Shown piece after piece: positions 44,687 through 53,301 of a stretch of DNA of 64,000 nucleotides. Origin of the DNA: Eubacteriales bacterium (GTDB taxonomy: Bacteria; Bacillota; Clostridia; Oscillospirales; CAG-272); NCBI GenBank assembly GCA_045646945.1, contig JAZRLS010000017.1, forward strand, positions 4,201-68,200, in the 5' to 3' direction. The notes beneath the pieces are model-generated. The model did not search any database. It was not told where the DNA came from and was given only the letters and a program-made list of their open reading frames with translations. Every line of letters starts with the position of its first letter. The stretch's first letter is position 1. A program made the position numbers and the translations under genes.

Positions 44687-45606
44687 TTCTTCGCACCTCC
44701 GAGCGGACGCTTTCTCGTCCATTGTTCAAGATACGGCGTCAGAATATTCATAAAGAGAATCGCAAACGATACTCCTTCAGGATAGCTTCCGAACACACGG
44801 ATCAATACGGTGATCGCGCCGCATCCGAAGCCAAAAAGAATCTTTCCCCACTTGGTCGAGGGCGTGGTAGTATAGTCGGTTGCCATAAAGAACGCACCGA
44901 GCAGAAGTCCACCCGTAAGCAGATGCTCTACGGGGCTCTGCCCGAACGCAAAGGTCATCAGTGCCACCGTCGCGAGCATCACAACAGGGGTGTGCCACGA
45001 AATCACGCGGCGAACCAGCAGATACGCACCACCGATCAGGATCGCAAGCGCGCAGGTCTCGCCAAGGCTTCCCCCGTGTTTTCCGAGGAAGAGCTCCAGC
45101 GTTGTGGGCATGGATGCCCCCGACGCACCAATCATCGAAAGCGGTGTTGCAGAGCTGATCGCGTCGTTCTTCGTCGCAAAATTCGACATCGAACCTGCAA
45201 AGGAGAGCAGAAGCACGATTCGTCCAACGATCGCGGGGTTGGCAAAGTTTTTACCAATACCTCCGAAAAGCTGTTTGACGACGACAATAGCAACCAGCGA
45301 ACCGAATGCCGCTTGCCACAAAGGAATTCCGACGGGCAAATTGAACGCAAGCAACATTCCCGTCACAATCGCCGAAAGATCAGCCACCGTGTTTGGTCTT
45401 TTGCAAATTTTTTCAAAGCCCCATTCAAAGAAGACACAGCTCACGACGCAAACCGCAACCACCGCCAGTGCGCGGAAACCGAAAATCACCACCGACGCGA
45501 CCAGAATGGGAAGCATCGCAAGAATGACGTCGAGCATAATTCTCTGCGTCGTCAGCTTCGATCGAATATGGGGAGAGGGAGACACCACAAGCAAGCCATT
45601 ATCCAC
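44683..45606 (-). CDS. rnfD: Rnf complex subunit D
   Basis: VVSPSPHIRS near the N-terminus. Polytopic. Start taken as GTG 45606, 9 nt after AGGAGG. The track start at 45615 abuts the RBS. Confidence 0.85.
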   Translation of the reverse strand: MDNGLLVVSPSPHIRSKLTTQRIMLDVILAMLPILVASVVIFGFRALAVVAVCVVSCVFFEWGFEKICKRPNTVADLSAIVTGMLLAFNLPVGIPLWQAAFGSLVAIVVVKQLFGGIGKNFANPAIVGRIVLLLSFAGSMSNFATKNDAISSATPLSMIGASGASMPTTLELFLGKHGGSLGETCALAILIGGAYLLVRRVISWHTPVVMLATVALMTFAFGQSPVEHLLTGGLLLGAFFMATDYTTTPSTKWGKILFGFGCGAITVLIRVFGSYPEGVSFAILFMNILTPYLEQWTRKRPLGGAKK

Positions 45607-46939
45607 GAGACGCACCCTCCTTTTCTTTTTGTTCTTTTTGTTTTTGCTGATATGCGCGAAGCTTTCCCTTGGCTAAGCGGTTCATCTGCACGAGATTTCG
45701 CTTGGCGGGACAGATATACGAGCAACAGCCGCACTCCATACAGAGATTGACCTTGAGCTTTTCGAGCGATGCGTCGTCGCCCTGCTCGAACGCCTTTGCC
45801 ATCTCGACGGGAGAGAGTCCAAAAGGACAGGTGTCAAGACATTTGCCGCAACGGATACACGCCGTTTCTCTGGGCGGTGTTGCCTCCTTCTCGCCAAGAG
45901 CAAGCACCGCATTGGTCTGCTTTAAGATCGGAGCGTCCAGATCAACGAGTGCCACCCCCATCATCGGTCCGCCACTGAGAATTTTCTTGGGTGGTTCGGC
46001 AAATCCGCCGCAAGCGTCAAGCACGTCACGCACCGACGTTCCGATCGGAACGATTAAATTTTTCGGGAACTTGACCGCCGAACCGTCGACCGTCACGCAT
46101 TTTTCGACAAGCGGCATGCCCGTGCGGAGATATTTGGCGATCGAAGCGAGCGTGGTGCAATTGACGACGATCACGCCTGCATCGAGCGGGAGCTTGCCCT
46201 CACCGATCACGCGTCCCGTCGTGTGATAAACGAGCACCTTTTCACCGCCCTGCGGATAGAGCGACGGAAGCGCACGGACGAGAACACCCGACATCGATGC
46301 GGTTGCTCGCTTCATTTCCGCGATACATTCGGGCTTGTTTTTTTCAATTCCGAAAATCGCGTTCGGAATCGATAAGTATTTCATTACCTGAGAAAGTCCC
46401 TCACAAACCAGCTCGCTTTCATCGAGCATCGTGCGCGTATCCGAAGTAATGTAGGGCTCGCACTCGGCACCGTTGACCACGACGGTATCGACGCGCCCCT
46501 CGGGCACGTTCAGCTTGACTACAGTGGGAAATCCCGCGCCGCCAAGACCGACGATACCGCTCTCGCGCACTGCCGCAAGAAAGCTCTCTTTGTCGTGCAC
46601 CTCGGGGGGGATAAGTCCCTCTGCGGGTGTCTGCTCCCCGTCACATTCAATGACCACGGCACGCATTTTCGCGCCCGTAGATGCGGTGATCTCATCGATT
46701 TTTTTCACCTTTCCCGAAACGCCCGAATAGATGGGCGAAGAAAGTCCCGCGCCAGCCTCGGCGATCTTCTGACCGACGCGCACCTCGTCTCCGACCGCTA
46801 CGCACGGCACGGCAGGCGCGCCGATGTGCATCGACATCGGAAGCGTAATGCTCTTTGGTACGGGCATCGGCTCAGGCTTCATTTTTGCCGTATTTTTATG
46901 GTGCTTCAAGTGCACTCCGTGAAGTCCAAATAGTGGCAC
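45599..46939 (-). CDS. rnfC: Rnf complex subunit C (NADH-binding, 2x[4Fe-4S])
   Basis: GLGGAGFPT plus CIRCGKCLDTCP and CMECGCCSYICP. GTG start, 6 nt after GGAGG. Confidence 0.9.
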   Translation of the reverse strand: MPLFGLHGVHLKHHKNTAKMKPEPMPVPKSITLPMSMHIGAPAVPCVAVGDEVRVGQKIAEAGAGLSSPIYSGVSGKVKKIDEITASTGAKMRAVVIECDGEQTPAEGLIPPEVHDKESFLAAVRESGIVGLGGAGFPTVVKLNVPEGRVDTVVVNGAECEPYITSDTRTMLDESELVCEGLSQVMKYLSIPNAIFGIEKNKPECIAEMKRATASMSGVLVRALPSLYPQGGEKVLVYHTTGRVIGEGKLPLDAGVIVVNCTTLASIAKYLRTGMPLVEKCVTVDGSAVKFPKNLIVPIGTSVRDVLDACGGFAEPPKKILSGGPMMGVALVDLDAPILKQTNAVLALGEKEATPPRETACIRCGKCLDTCPFGLSPVEMAKAFEQGDDASLEKLKVNLCMECGCCSYICPAKRNLVQMNRLAKGKLRAYQQKQKEQKEKEGASRG

Positions 46940-47043
46940 GTTCCACCTCCAAAAACAATTTTAAATAAAGTAAAAATTAATATATATTTATTATAACATA
47001 TATATATTTTTCTTGTCAACTTTTGTTTATTTCTTCACAAAGT

Positions 47044-47072
47044 CGGCTTTCCCTTGACAAAAGACCCGTCCT
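47044..47072 (+). promoter_or_regulatory. Consensus sigma-A promoter upstream of ribF
   Basis: TTGACA (47044..47049), a 17-nt spacer, then TATAAT (47067..47072). Confidence 0.7.
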
Positions 47073-47185
47073 CGTGTATAATAGTGTATAAGCAATTCTG
47101 CCAAAGAATCGCTTGTATGATGTATGATTATCTGCTTAAGAAAAGCAATTTTATATTGATTTACTGAAAAACCGAAAGGAGCTCT

Positions 47186-48124
47186 ATGATCCTTTATCCC
47201 TCTCTTCCCGCTACACCTCTCGCACCCTCTGCGGTGGCACTCGGTTGCTTTGACGGAGTGCATCTCGGACACCGTGCCGTGATCGATACCGCGGTAAAAA
47301 AGGCACACGACGCAGGACGTCTTGCGGTGGTGTTTACCTTTGATTCCTCGCCGAGGAATTATTTCGCGCCAAATTCGGTCCCTCAGCTGACCGACCGCGC
47401 AACAAAAATTTCTCTGATCGAAACGATGGGCGTGGACGTTCTCGTCTGCCACCCCTTTGACGAAACGATTGCCACCACCTCTGCCGAGGATTTCTTTGAG
47501 AAAATTCTCGTCGGTGCCCTCGGTGCCAAGGAAATCGTTTGCGGCTATAATTACTCCTTCGGCGCGAAAGGTCGCGGCAACGCGGAGCTGCTCCGACAGT
47601 GGTGCGACTCCGCAGGAATCGGTCTTACGGCACTCGAACCGATCACCGCAAACGGCACGCCCGTCAGCTCGTCTGCCATTCGTTCGGCACTCGAGAACGG
47701 AAACATCGAAGAAGCAAACGCGGCTCTCGGACGAGCTTATTCGATTCGCTCTACCGTGCTGGACGGACAGCATCTCGGCAGACGGCTCGGTTTTCCCACC
47801 CTCAATCAGAAGCTGAGTGCCGCGCTCGCAACGCCGAAGCACGGCGTCTATCTTTCGCGTACCACCGTCGGGGAAACTTCCGACTCCGCACATTTTGGCA
47901 TCACCAACGTCGGCACGCGACCGACCGTCGGCTCGGACTTCATCAGTGCGGAGACGCATCTCTTTGATTTTTCGGGCGACCTCTACGGCAAGCAGATCAC
48001 GGTAGAGCTCTTGGCGTTTCTCCGTGCCGAGCACAAATTTAGCTCAGTGGACGAGCTCTCCGCACAGGTGCACAGCGATATCGAAATCGCTAAAAATATG
48101 GCAAATAATTTCAATGATTGCTAA
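47186..48124 (+). CDS. ribF: Bifunctional riboflavin kinase / FMN adenylyltransferase
   Basis: ALGCFDGVHLGHRAVI and C-terminal riboflavin-kinase motifs (GFPTLN, GVY...GITNVGTRPT). Confidence 0.9.
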   Translation: MILYPSLPATPLAPSAVALGCFDGVHLGHRAVIDTAVKKAHDAGRLAVVFTFDSSPRNYFAPNSVPQLTDRATKISLIETMGVDVLVCHPFDETIATTSAEDFFEKILVGALGAKEIVCGYNYSFGAKGRGNAELLRQWCDSAGIGLTALEPITANGTPVSSSAIRSALENGNIEEANAALGRAYSIRSTVLDGQHLGRRLGFPTLNQKLSAALATPKHGVYLSRTTVGETSDSAHFGITNVGTRPTVGSDFISAETHLFDFSGDLYGKQITVELLAFLRAEHKFSSVDELSAQVHSDIEIAKNMANNFNDC

Positions 48125-48172
48125 AAATATCTCACAAAAGGCGCAAATGCGTCTTTTGTTTTTTGTATTGTT

Positions 48173-48199
48173 TTAGCACTCTGTCAATAAGAGTGCTAA
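48173..48199 (+). promoter_or_regulatory. CIRCE operator (HrcA binding site)
   Basis: TTAGCACTC-N9-GAGTGCTAA, an exact match to the CIRCE consensus. It lies 150 nt upstream of the hsp20 ATG. Confidence 0.85.
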
Positions 48200-48348
48200 G
48201 ATTTACAAAAACGACATAATTTCGAAAATATATATTCATATTTTTGGTGTATCATAAAGACACGAAGGAAAAGGAACCGTCCTTCGGAAAAAGTATCACA
48301 AAAAATCAAAAAACAAATTACAAAAAACACATAGAAGGAGGATTTACG

Positions 48349-48780
48349 ATGTTTGATCTGATACCCTTTGGCAACCGATTTTTTGCTACCTACGACCCGT
48401 TCAAGGAATTCGAAGAAATGGAGCGCCGTTTGTTTGCGCCCGTCACGCCCGCGATGAAGACCGATATTCGCGAAACCGATGACGCATATATTCTTGAAAC
48501 CGATCTGCCCGGATTCTCCAAGGAGGAAATCCACGCAGAAATCCGCGACGGTGTGCTGACGCTCCGCGCAGAACACAAAAAGGAATCCGACGACAAGGAC
48601 GAAAACGGAAAATATCTCCGCCGGGAGCGCTCCTACGCATCCTACGCGCGCCGTTTCTCTCTTGACGGAATCCAAGCCGATGCCATCTCCGCCGCATTCC
48701 GCGACGGTGTGCTGACGCTGACGCTTCCCAAGGAAGCACCGAAGCAGGCAGACGAAGGTCGCAAGCTCGAAATTCAATAA
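48349..48780 (+). CDS. Hsp20/alpha-crystallin small heat-shock protein
   Basis: DIRETDDAYILETDLPGFSKEEI...GVLTL...LPK. Start set to ATG 48349, after GAAGGAGG. Confidence 0.9.
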   Translation: MFDLIPFGNRFFATYDPFKEFEEMERRLFAPVTPAMKTDIRETDDAYILETDLPGFSKEEIHAEIRDGVLTLRAEHKKESDDKDENGKYLRRERSYASYARRFSLDGIQADAISAAFRDGVLTLTLPKEAPKQADEGRKLEIQ

Positions 48781-48791
48781 GTTCGCACAAA

Positions 48792-48819
48792 AAGCGGCGG
48801 CTCGTCTGAGCCGCCGCTT
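48792..48819. terminator. Bidirectional terminator shared by hsp20 and the LRR gene
   Basis: AAGCGGCGGCTC, loop GTCT, then GAGCCGCCGCTT. Confidence 0.85.
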
Positions 48820-48829
48820 GTGTTTTCCC

Positions 48830-50449
48830 TTAAGAATTGCTCGGAACGTAGTTAAAATGTACCGTTGCGCCACTCGGCAGATATGCTTCCGCCGCGTCAA
48901 TCTCCGCCCATTCTTCTTCCGTGCCCATAAAATAAATATCCGTCAGCGCGCTACATCCGTAAAAGCTAAACGCACCGATACTTGTCATACTTTTCGGGAT
49001 CACGATGCTCGCAAGAGAGACGTTTTCTGCCCACGTCCACGATCCGATCTGCTCAACACCGTCACCAAGAACGATCTCACGAAGTGATCCGCAAAGGAAA
49101 AAGACCTCGTTTTCAACAACGGAAAGGTTCTTGGAAAGCACAGCGCGCGTCAGAGCATCACAGGAGCTGAATGCCGCCACACCAACGCTCGTCACAGTGT
49201 CCGGCAGTTCGACCTCAGCGAGACGGGCGCAACCCAAAAAGGCTCTGAGACCAATGCTTTCAAGGCTCTCTCCCAAGGAGAGTGTTTCTAATTTCTTACA
49301 TTCGCGGAACGCATAATTACCGATGCTCTTTCCCCCCCTGCCGAGCGTCACGCTCGTCAGCGAAGCGCATTTTTCAAACGCACTATCCCCGATGGTAAGA
49401 ACGCTGTCCGAAAGCACGACACTCGTCAGCGCGTCATAGCCAAGAAACAACGTCGCACCGATCGCCGTAACACCGTCCGGAACGGTCAACTCGGTCACAA
49501 GCTCGCCATTCAAGCAAAAATTCTCGGCATAACGCAAGGGATTGGACTCCGAATTGCCGAATTCAATCGAAAACCACGCAGCAAGATCGGTCACGTTGAC
49601 CGTCTCCAAACGATTGCAGTAAGAAAACGCAGACAAGCCGATTTTTTTGAGTCCCTTGGGAAGTGTGATCTCTGTCAGCTTTTGGCAATCCAAAAAAGCA
49701 GAGCCCCCTATTTCTTCAATGCTGTCGGGAAGTTTGATCTTCGTCAATTGATTACAGCCGTAAAAAGCAGAGTCTCCAATCACCGTACCGCCCGTCACTT
49801 CGATCTCGGTCAGTGCCGTGGGCAAGGAAGAGGAATTTTTGGAAGCAGAGATCGCACCGAAAATATAGCCGAGATGCATATTTTTCGTTCCATCCTTCGT
49901 TTCCCCGATAAAGGGAAGCTTAAGGCTCGTCAATTTATCACAGCCCGCAAACGTGCTCTTTCCGATGCTCGTCACTCCGGCGGGAATTTCAATGCTCTCT
50001 AAGGCAGAGCAATGATAAAATGAATACATTCCAATGCTTCTCACACTGTCAGGCAGCGTGACCGATTTCAGTTTTGCACACTCCTGAAATCCCATATTTG
50101 CGACCGCCGTGACCGCCTTTCCCTCGTAGGTTGCGGGAATCACGATGGTTTCCGCGTTCTTCATCGTACCGACCGCCACCGCATAAGTATCGTCGTTCTG
50201 TAAGCGGAATTCAAGCTCTCCCGCAGGCTCCGGCTCACTCGGTGTCTCCCCCGGATTCTCTTCCTCGGGAGACGGTACTTCCGGCGTGTTATCGTTTTTA
50301 TCGTCGGGAGGGACAATGCTTTCGCTTGTTTTCTCCGTATCGGACGTTGTTTCGATTTCCGCAGACTCTTCGCTGTTACACGACATCAGTAAAACAGACA
50401 GCATAGCAAAACAAAGGAAAAGCGAAAAATATTTTTTCCATACTTTCAT
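48830..50449 (-). CDS. BspA-type leucine-rich-repeat surface lipoprotein
   Basis: Lipobox LLMSC, a P/E/T-rich linker, then about 14 repeats of the IPxxVTSIGxxAFxxCxxLxxI type. Confidence 0.85.
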   Translation of the reverse strand: MKVWKKYFSLFLCFAMLSVLLMSCNSEESAEIETTSDTEKTSESIVPPDDKNDNTPEVPSPEEENPGETPSEPEPAGELEFRLQNDDTYAVAVGTMKNAETIVIPATYEGKAVTAVANMGFQECAKLKSVTLPDSVRSIGMYSFYHCSALESIEIPAGVTSIGKSTFAGCDKLTSLKLPFIGETKDGTKNMHLGYIFGAISASKNSSSLPTALTEIEVTGGTVIGDSAFYGCNQLTKIKLPDSIEEIGGSAFLDCQKLTEITLPKGLKKIGLSAFSYCNRLETVNVTDLAAWFSIEFGNSESNPLRYAENFCLNGELVTELTVPDGVTAIGATLFLGYDALTSVVLSDSVLTIGDSAFEKCASLTSVTLGRGGKSIGNYAFRECKKLETLSLGESLESIGLRAFLGCARLAEVELPDTVTSVGVAAFSSCDALTRAVLSKNLSVVENEVFFLCGSLREIVLGDGVEQIGSWTWAENVSLASIVIPKSMTSIGAFSFYGCSALTDIYFMGTEEEWAEIDAAEAYLPSGATVHFNYVPSNS

Positions 50450-50476
50450 GTCGTTCGTTCTCCTGACAAGTATCGC

Positions 50477-51763
50477 TTAGTTTTTCGAAAGATAGGTTTC
50501 GGTGATCAACGCTTCCAGTGCAATCGTATATTTCATATTATCTTCTTTCGAGGGATGGCCCCACGAGGGTGCTCCGCCGGGCACCGACGAGCCCGCTAAC
50601 TGAAGCGTATAGATCTTCGCGTTCGGATTTGATTGCTTGTAGGTCGAGATAGCGGTATTGACGTGATAGCTGAATCCGTCACCCATCGCACCCCACAGAC
50701 AGTACACGACGCAGTCCTCGCCGTGCTTCTCGAAGATCTGTCCGAGCAGTGCCGCATATGCCTCACGGTAGGTTGCCATATTCGCGTGCTGACCAACGTC
50801 GTTCGTGCCGAGATTGATCACCACGATATCCGCCTGTCTTGCAAAATCATATTCCGCTTCGGTCGTGCGCATCGGACTTGCGTGCAGATAGTTGTCCTTG
50901 AAATTGGGATTTCCAACCACCATTCCCTTTCCCGAGAGTGCCGTGATCGAATAATCGGCACCGAGGCGCTGAGAAACAAGATACGGATACGCAAGCGTTC
51001 CGTCCTGATCCGCCCAGTTACCCGTATGGTTTCCGATCACGCCCCATCCACAGCTAATGCTGTCGCCGAGGTATTCGATGTAAAGCTCATTCTTTGCGGG
51101 AGCTGTTTCGCTGATCGTACCGTCGAGCGTTACCGACGACACACTCGCCTGCGCGATGGTATATCCCGTCACCTTGATCAGACGGATGGTATGCGTTCCT
51201 GCGGGAACGTCCTTCAGCTCAACGACCGTATCATTCGTTCCCACCGTAAAATAGCTCGACGTTCCGTTCTTCCAAAGAAGTCCGTTGACGTATGCCTTGA
51301 AATAGCAAAGCGCATTCGATTTTGCAACGAAGGAAACGTTCGATTTGGTGTTCAGATCGGCATTAAACTCAATGCCCGCGCCCGTCCAGTCCATCGTGAT
51401 ACAGCCGTCCACCTTCAAGTGACGCTCTCCAAGCACCTTAATGCCCGCCGTTTCTTCGTTCAGTTCATAGGTACGAAGCTCCGAGGGGCGCGGATACGAG
51501 GGTTCGGCAGGCTCGTTGGGCTGCTCGGGGGTATTCGGCGCGTTCGGAGTATTCGGCTCATTTGGTTCCTCCGGGCTCGGCTGATTCTGCTCGTCGGGCG
51601 TGTTCGGAGTATCATCGTTTTTCTCTGCCGTCGTGGTACTCGACGTCTCATCCGATACCGCTTCGGTCACTGCCTCAGGCTCGGTTGCCCCTTGACAAGC
51701 AGTCAATATGCTCAAAAAAAGCATACAAAGCACCATAAAAAGTGAAAGTGTCATTTTTTTCAT
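50477..51763 (-). CDS. SGNH/GDSL hydrolase lipoprotein, carbohydrate esterase family 2-like
   Basis: Lipobox ILTAC and a P/N/E/T-rich linker. Jelly-roll-like N-domain (MDWTGAGIEFNA), then YLGDSISCGWG and VINLGTNDV blocks. Start set to ATG 51763, after AGGAG. Confidence 0.75.
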   Translation of the reverse strand: MKKMTLSLFMVLCMLFLSILTACQGATEPEAVTEAVSDETSSTTTAEKNDDTPNTPDEQNQPSPEEPNEPNTPNAPNTPEQPNEPAEPSYPRPSELRTYELNEETAGIKVLGERHLKVDGCITMDWTGAGIEFNADLNTKSNVSFVAKSNALCYFKAYVNGLLWKNGTSSYFTVGTNDTVVELKDVPAGTHTIRLIKVTGYTIAQASVSSVTLDGTISETAPAKNELYIEYLGDSISCGWGVIGNHTGNWADQDGTLAYPYLVSQRLGADYSITALSGKGMVVGNPNFKDNYLHASPMRTTEAEYDFARQADIVVINLGTNDVGQHANMATYREAYAALLGQIFEKHGEDCVVYCLWGAMGDGFSYHVNTAISTYKQSNPNAKIYTLQLAGSSVPGGAPSWGHPSKEDNMKYTIALEALITETYLSKN

Positions 51764-51811
51764 TGAAAACTCCTTTTTAGAAAAGATTTTTTGGGCATAA
51801 TATCCTAAAAT

Positions 51812-51842
51812 ATTATACCCCCCCCCCCGCATTTTTTGTCAA
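51812..51842 (-). promoter_or_regulatory. Consensus promoter with a G11 homopolymer in the spacer
   Basis: Minus strand reads TTGACA (51842..51837), AAAAATGC plus G11 (19-nt spacer; C11 at 51818..51828 on the plus strand), then TATAAT (51817..51812). Confidence 0.7.
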
Positions 51843-51875
51843 TACTTTTTATCAATATTTTTTATTTTTTTACAA

Positions 51876-51905
51876 AAACAGCCAAGCGAAAACGCTTGGC
51901 TGTTT
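51876..51905 (-). terminator. Terminator of the G1P-dehydrogenase-like gene
   Basis: AAACAGCCAAGCG, loop AAAA, then CGCTTGGCTGTTT, followed by a T-run on the minus strand. Confidence 0.85.
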
Positions 51906-51910
51906 GATTT

Positions 51911-53209
51911 TTAATCAGCAAGAATCTCTGCCGCTTCCTTTTCACCGCAGAAGATGGCATCGTAGAGCCAGAGCACCGAGTAACGGTCCTTGAGGTCCTT
52001 CGCGAACCATACGCCGTTCTGGATCTTCTTTCTTCCGTACTGCTGCTCGAAGAGAGAAAGATCGAAGTCGCAGTCGGTCAGCATCGTGGCGATCTCATCG
52101 GCGGTCGGGCATTCGTTGAGAATTGCGCGAACCTCTGCCCACTTTGCCTTGTAAATGTCGTTGACGGGGTGATCGTATCTGCCCGCCTCGTTCTGCAGGT
52201 CGCGGATCTCAGTCCACAGATGGCTGTAGATCTTCTGATAGCACTTTTCTCTCGTTTCCTTCGAAAGCTCAGAGAAGGTCGGCTCCTCGAGTGCGCGAAC
52301 TTCCTCACGAAGCTTTGCCGTAACGATGGTTGCGTATCCGACGTCGGTTCCGTGGAAGAAGAAGGGCTCGCCGTAAATCAGACCCGTGATCTCGAAATAG
52401 TGCGACAGGTGGTGCTCACTGCCCGAGCCGGGACGCGTCGAATTGACGAGAGTCAGGCACGCACCGATGAGTACGAGGTCGAGCATCAGCTCTTCAATTG
52501 CTTCGGGCTTGCGGTCGCGAATGTCGGTTGCGAGCGAACGAATGAGGTTGGTGCGATCCATCACGAGATCGTAGATCTCCTGACAGAAATATTCGTTATT
52601 GATCAGCGCGCTGAGCTTCCAGTCGCAGAGTGCGCTGTACTTACCGATGATATCGGCATATCCCGAACGGATCATTCCGATCGGAGCGGCACAAAGAATG
52701 TCGGTATCACCCATAATCAGGGTCGGTGCGTGCGTGGTTGCCGTCACCTTCATTCCCTTCAGAATCATTGCCGCACCCGACGATGCGTAGCCGTCCATCG
52801 AGGGAGCTGTACCGATGATACCGCTCTCGATATGATGATAGAAGGAAACGTACTTACAAAGGTCGTTGATAACACCCGATCCAATACCGAGAATCAGGTC
52901 GGTTGCGTCAGTCAGACTCTGCTCGATCGCACCGATCGCCTGCTCGTTGGGAACGACGTGCGGCTCACCGGGCTCGGTGGTCAAGAGACAGAACTGCTCG
53001 ATCTTGTCACCGAGAAGCTCACGGACTCTCTCACCGCAAAGGGGATATGTATTTTCGTCGGCAACGAGTAAAATGTGGTTGTACTCTGCCAAGCATTCGG
53101 GAAGCTTAGCAAGCGCGTTCTTTTCCACCACAACGTGTGCGATGTCGCAACGGTGCGTTCTGCCGCAGCTGCAAACAATATCTTTATTCAACCAATCGTG
53201 AAGACTCAT
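51911..53209 (-). CDS. sn-Glycerol-1-phosphate dehydrogenase family protein (AraM/EgsA-like)
   Basis: GIGSGVINDL, TAPSMDGYASSGA and RPGSGSEHHLSHY align with my recollection of B. subtilis AraM. Start set to ATG 53209. Confidence 0.7.
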   Translation of the reverse strand: MSLHDWLNKDIVCSCGRTHRCDIAHVVVEKNALAKLPECLAEYNHILLVADENTYPLCGERVRELLGDKIEQFCLLTTEPGEPHVVPNEQAIGAIEQSLTDATDLILGIGSGVINDLCKYVSFYHHIESGIIGTAPSMDGYASSGAAMILKGMKVTATTHAPTLIMGDTDILCAAPIGMIRSGYADIIGKYSALCDWKLSALINNEYFCQEIYDLVMDRTNLIRSLATDIRDRKPEAIEELMLDLVLIGACLTLVNSTRPGSGSEHHLSHYFEITGLIYGEPFFFHGTDVGYATIVTAKLREEVRALEEPTFSELSKETREKCYQKIYSHLWTEIRDLQNEAGRYDHPVNDIYKAKWAEVRAILNECPTADEIATMLTDCDFDLSLFEQQYGRKKIQNGVWFAKDLKDRYSVLWLYDAIFCGEKEAAEILAD

Positions 53210-53301
53210 AATAGTTTCCTCTCTTTTTGTTTTATTAAATTGATCAAAGGGTATTATACCATACGAAGTGGGAAAAATCAAGGCTTTTTGTCAAAAATTT
53301 G

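Noticed and set aside
41950-45750. Long plus-strand ORFs (41950..42897, 42728..43450, 44674..45750) across the rnf operon.
   Set aside because: All are antisense to well-supported rnf subunits. Their products are Arg/His-rich, which fits antisense frames of GC-rich genes.
46605-46611. G7 run inside rnfC as a phase-variation site. Other 7-8 nt A/T runs occur in housekeeping genes, for example at 14420..14427.
   Set aside because: The tracts are short and lie within essential or housekeeping coding sequence, with no surface-variation logic. Such lengths are expected by chance.
47027-48034. 335-aa minus-strand ORF overlapping ribF.
   Set aside because: ribF on the plus strand has diagnostic motifs, a consensus promoter and an RBS. 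The antisense product is Arg/Gly-rich with no motif.
50633-51745. 370-aa plus-strand ORF overlapping the esterase gene. Similar antisense ORFs occur at 36429..37418, 56194..57120, 12917..13783 and 5186..5983.
   Set aside because: In each case the opposite strand carries a gene with recognisable catalytic motifs and a proper RBS. These ORFs lack both.
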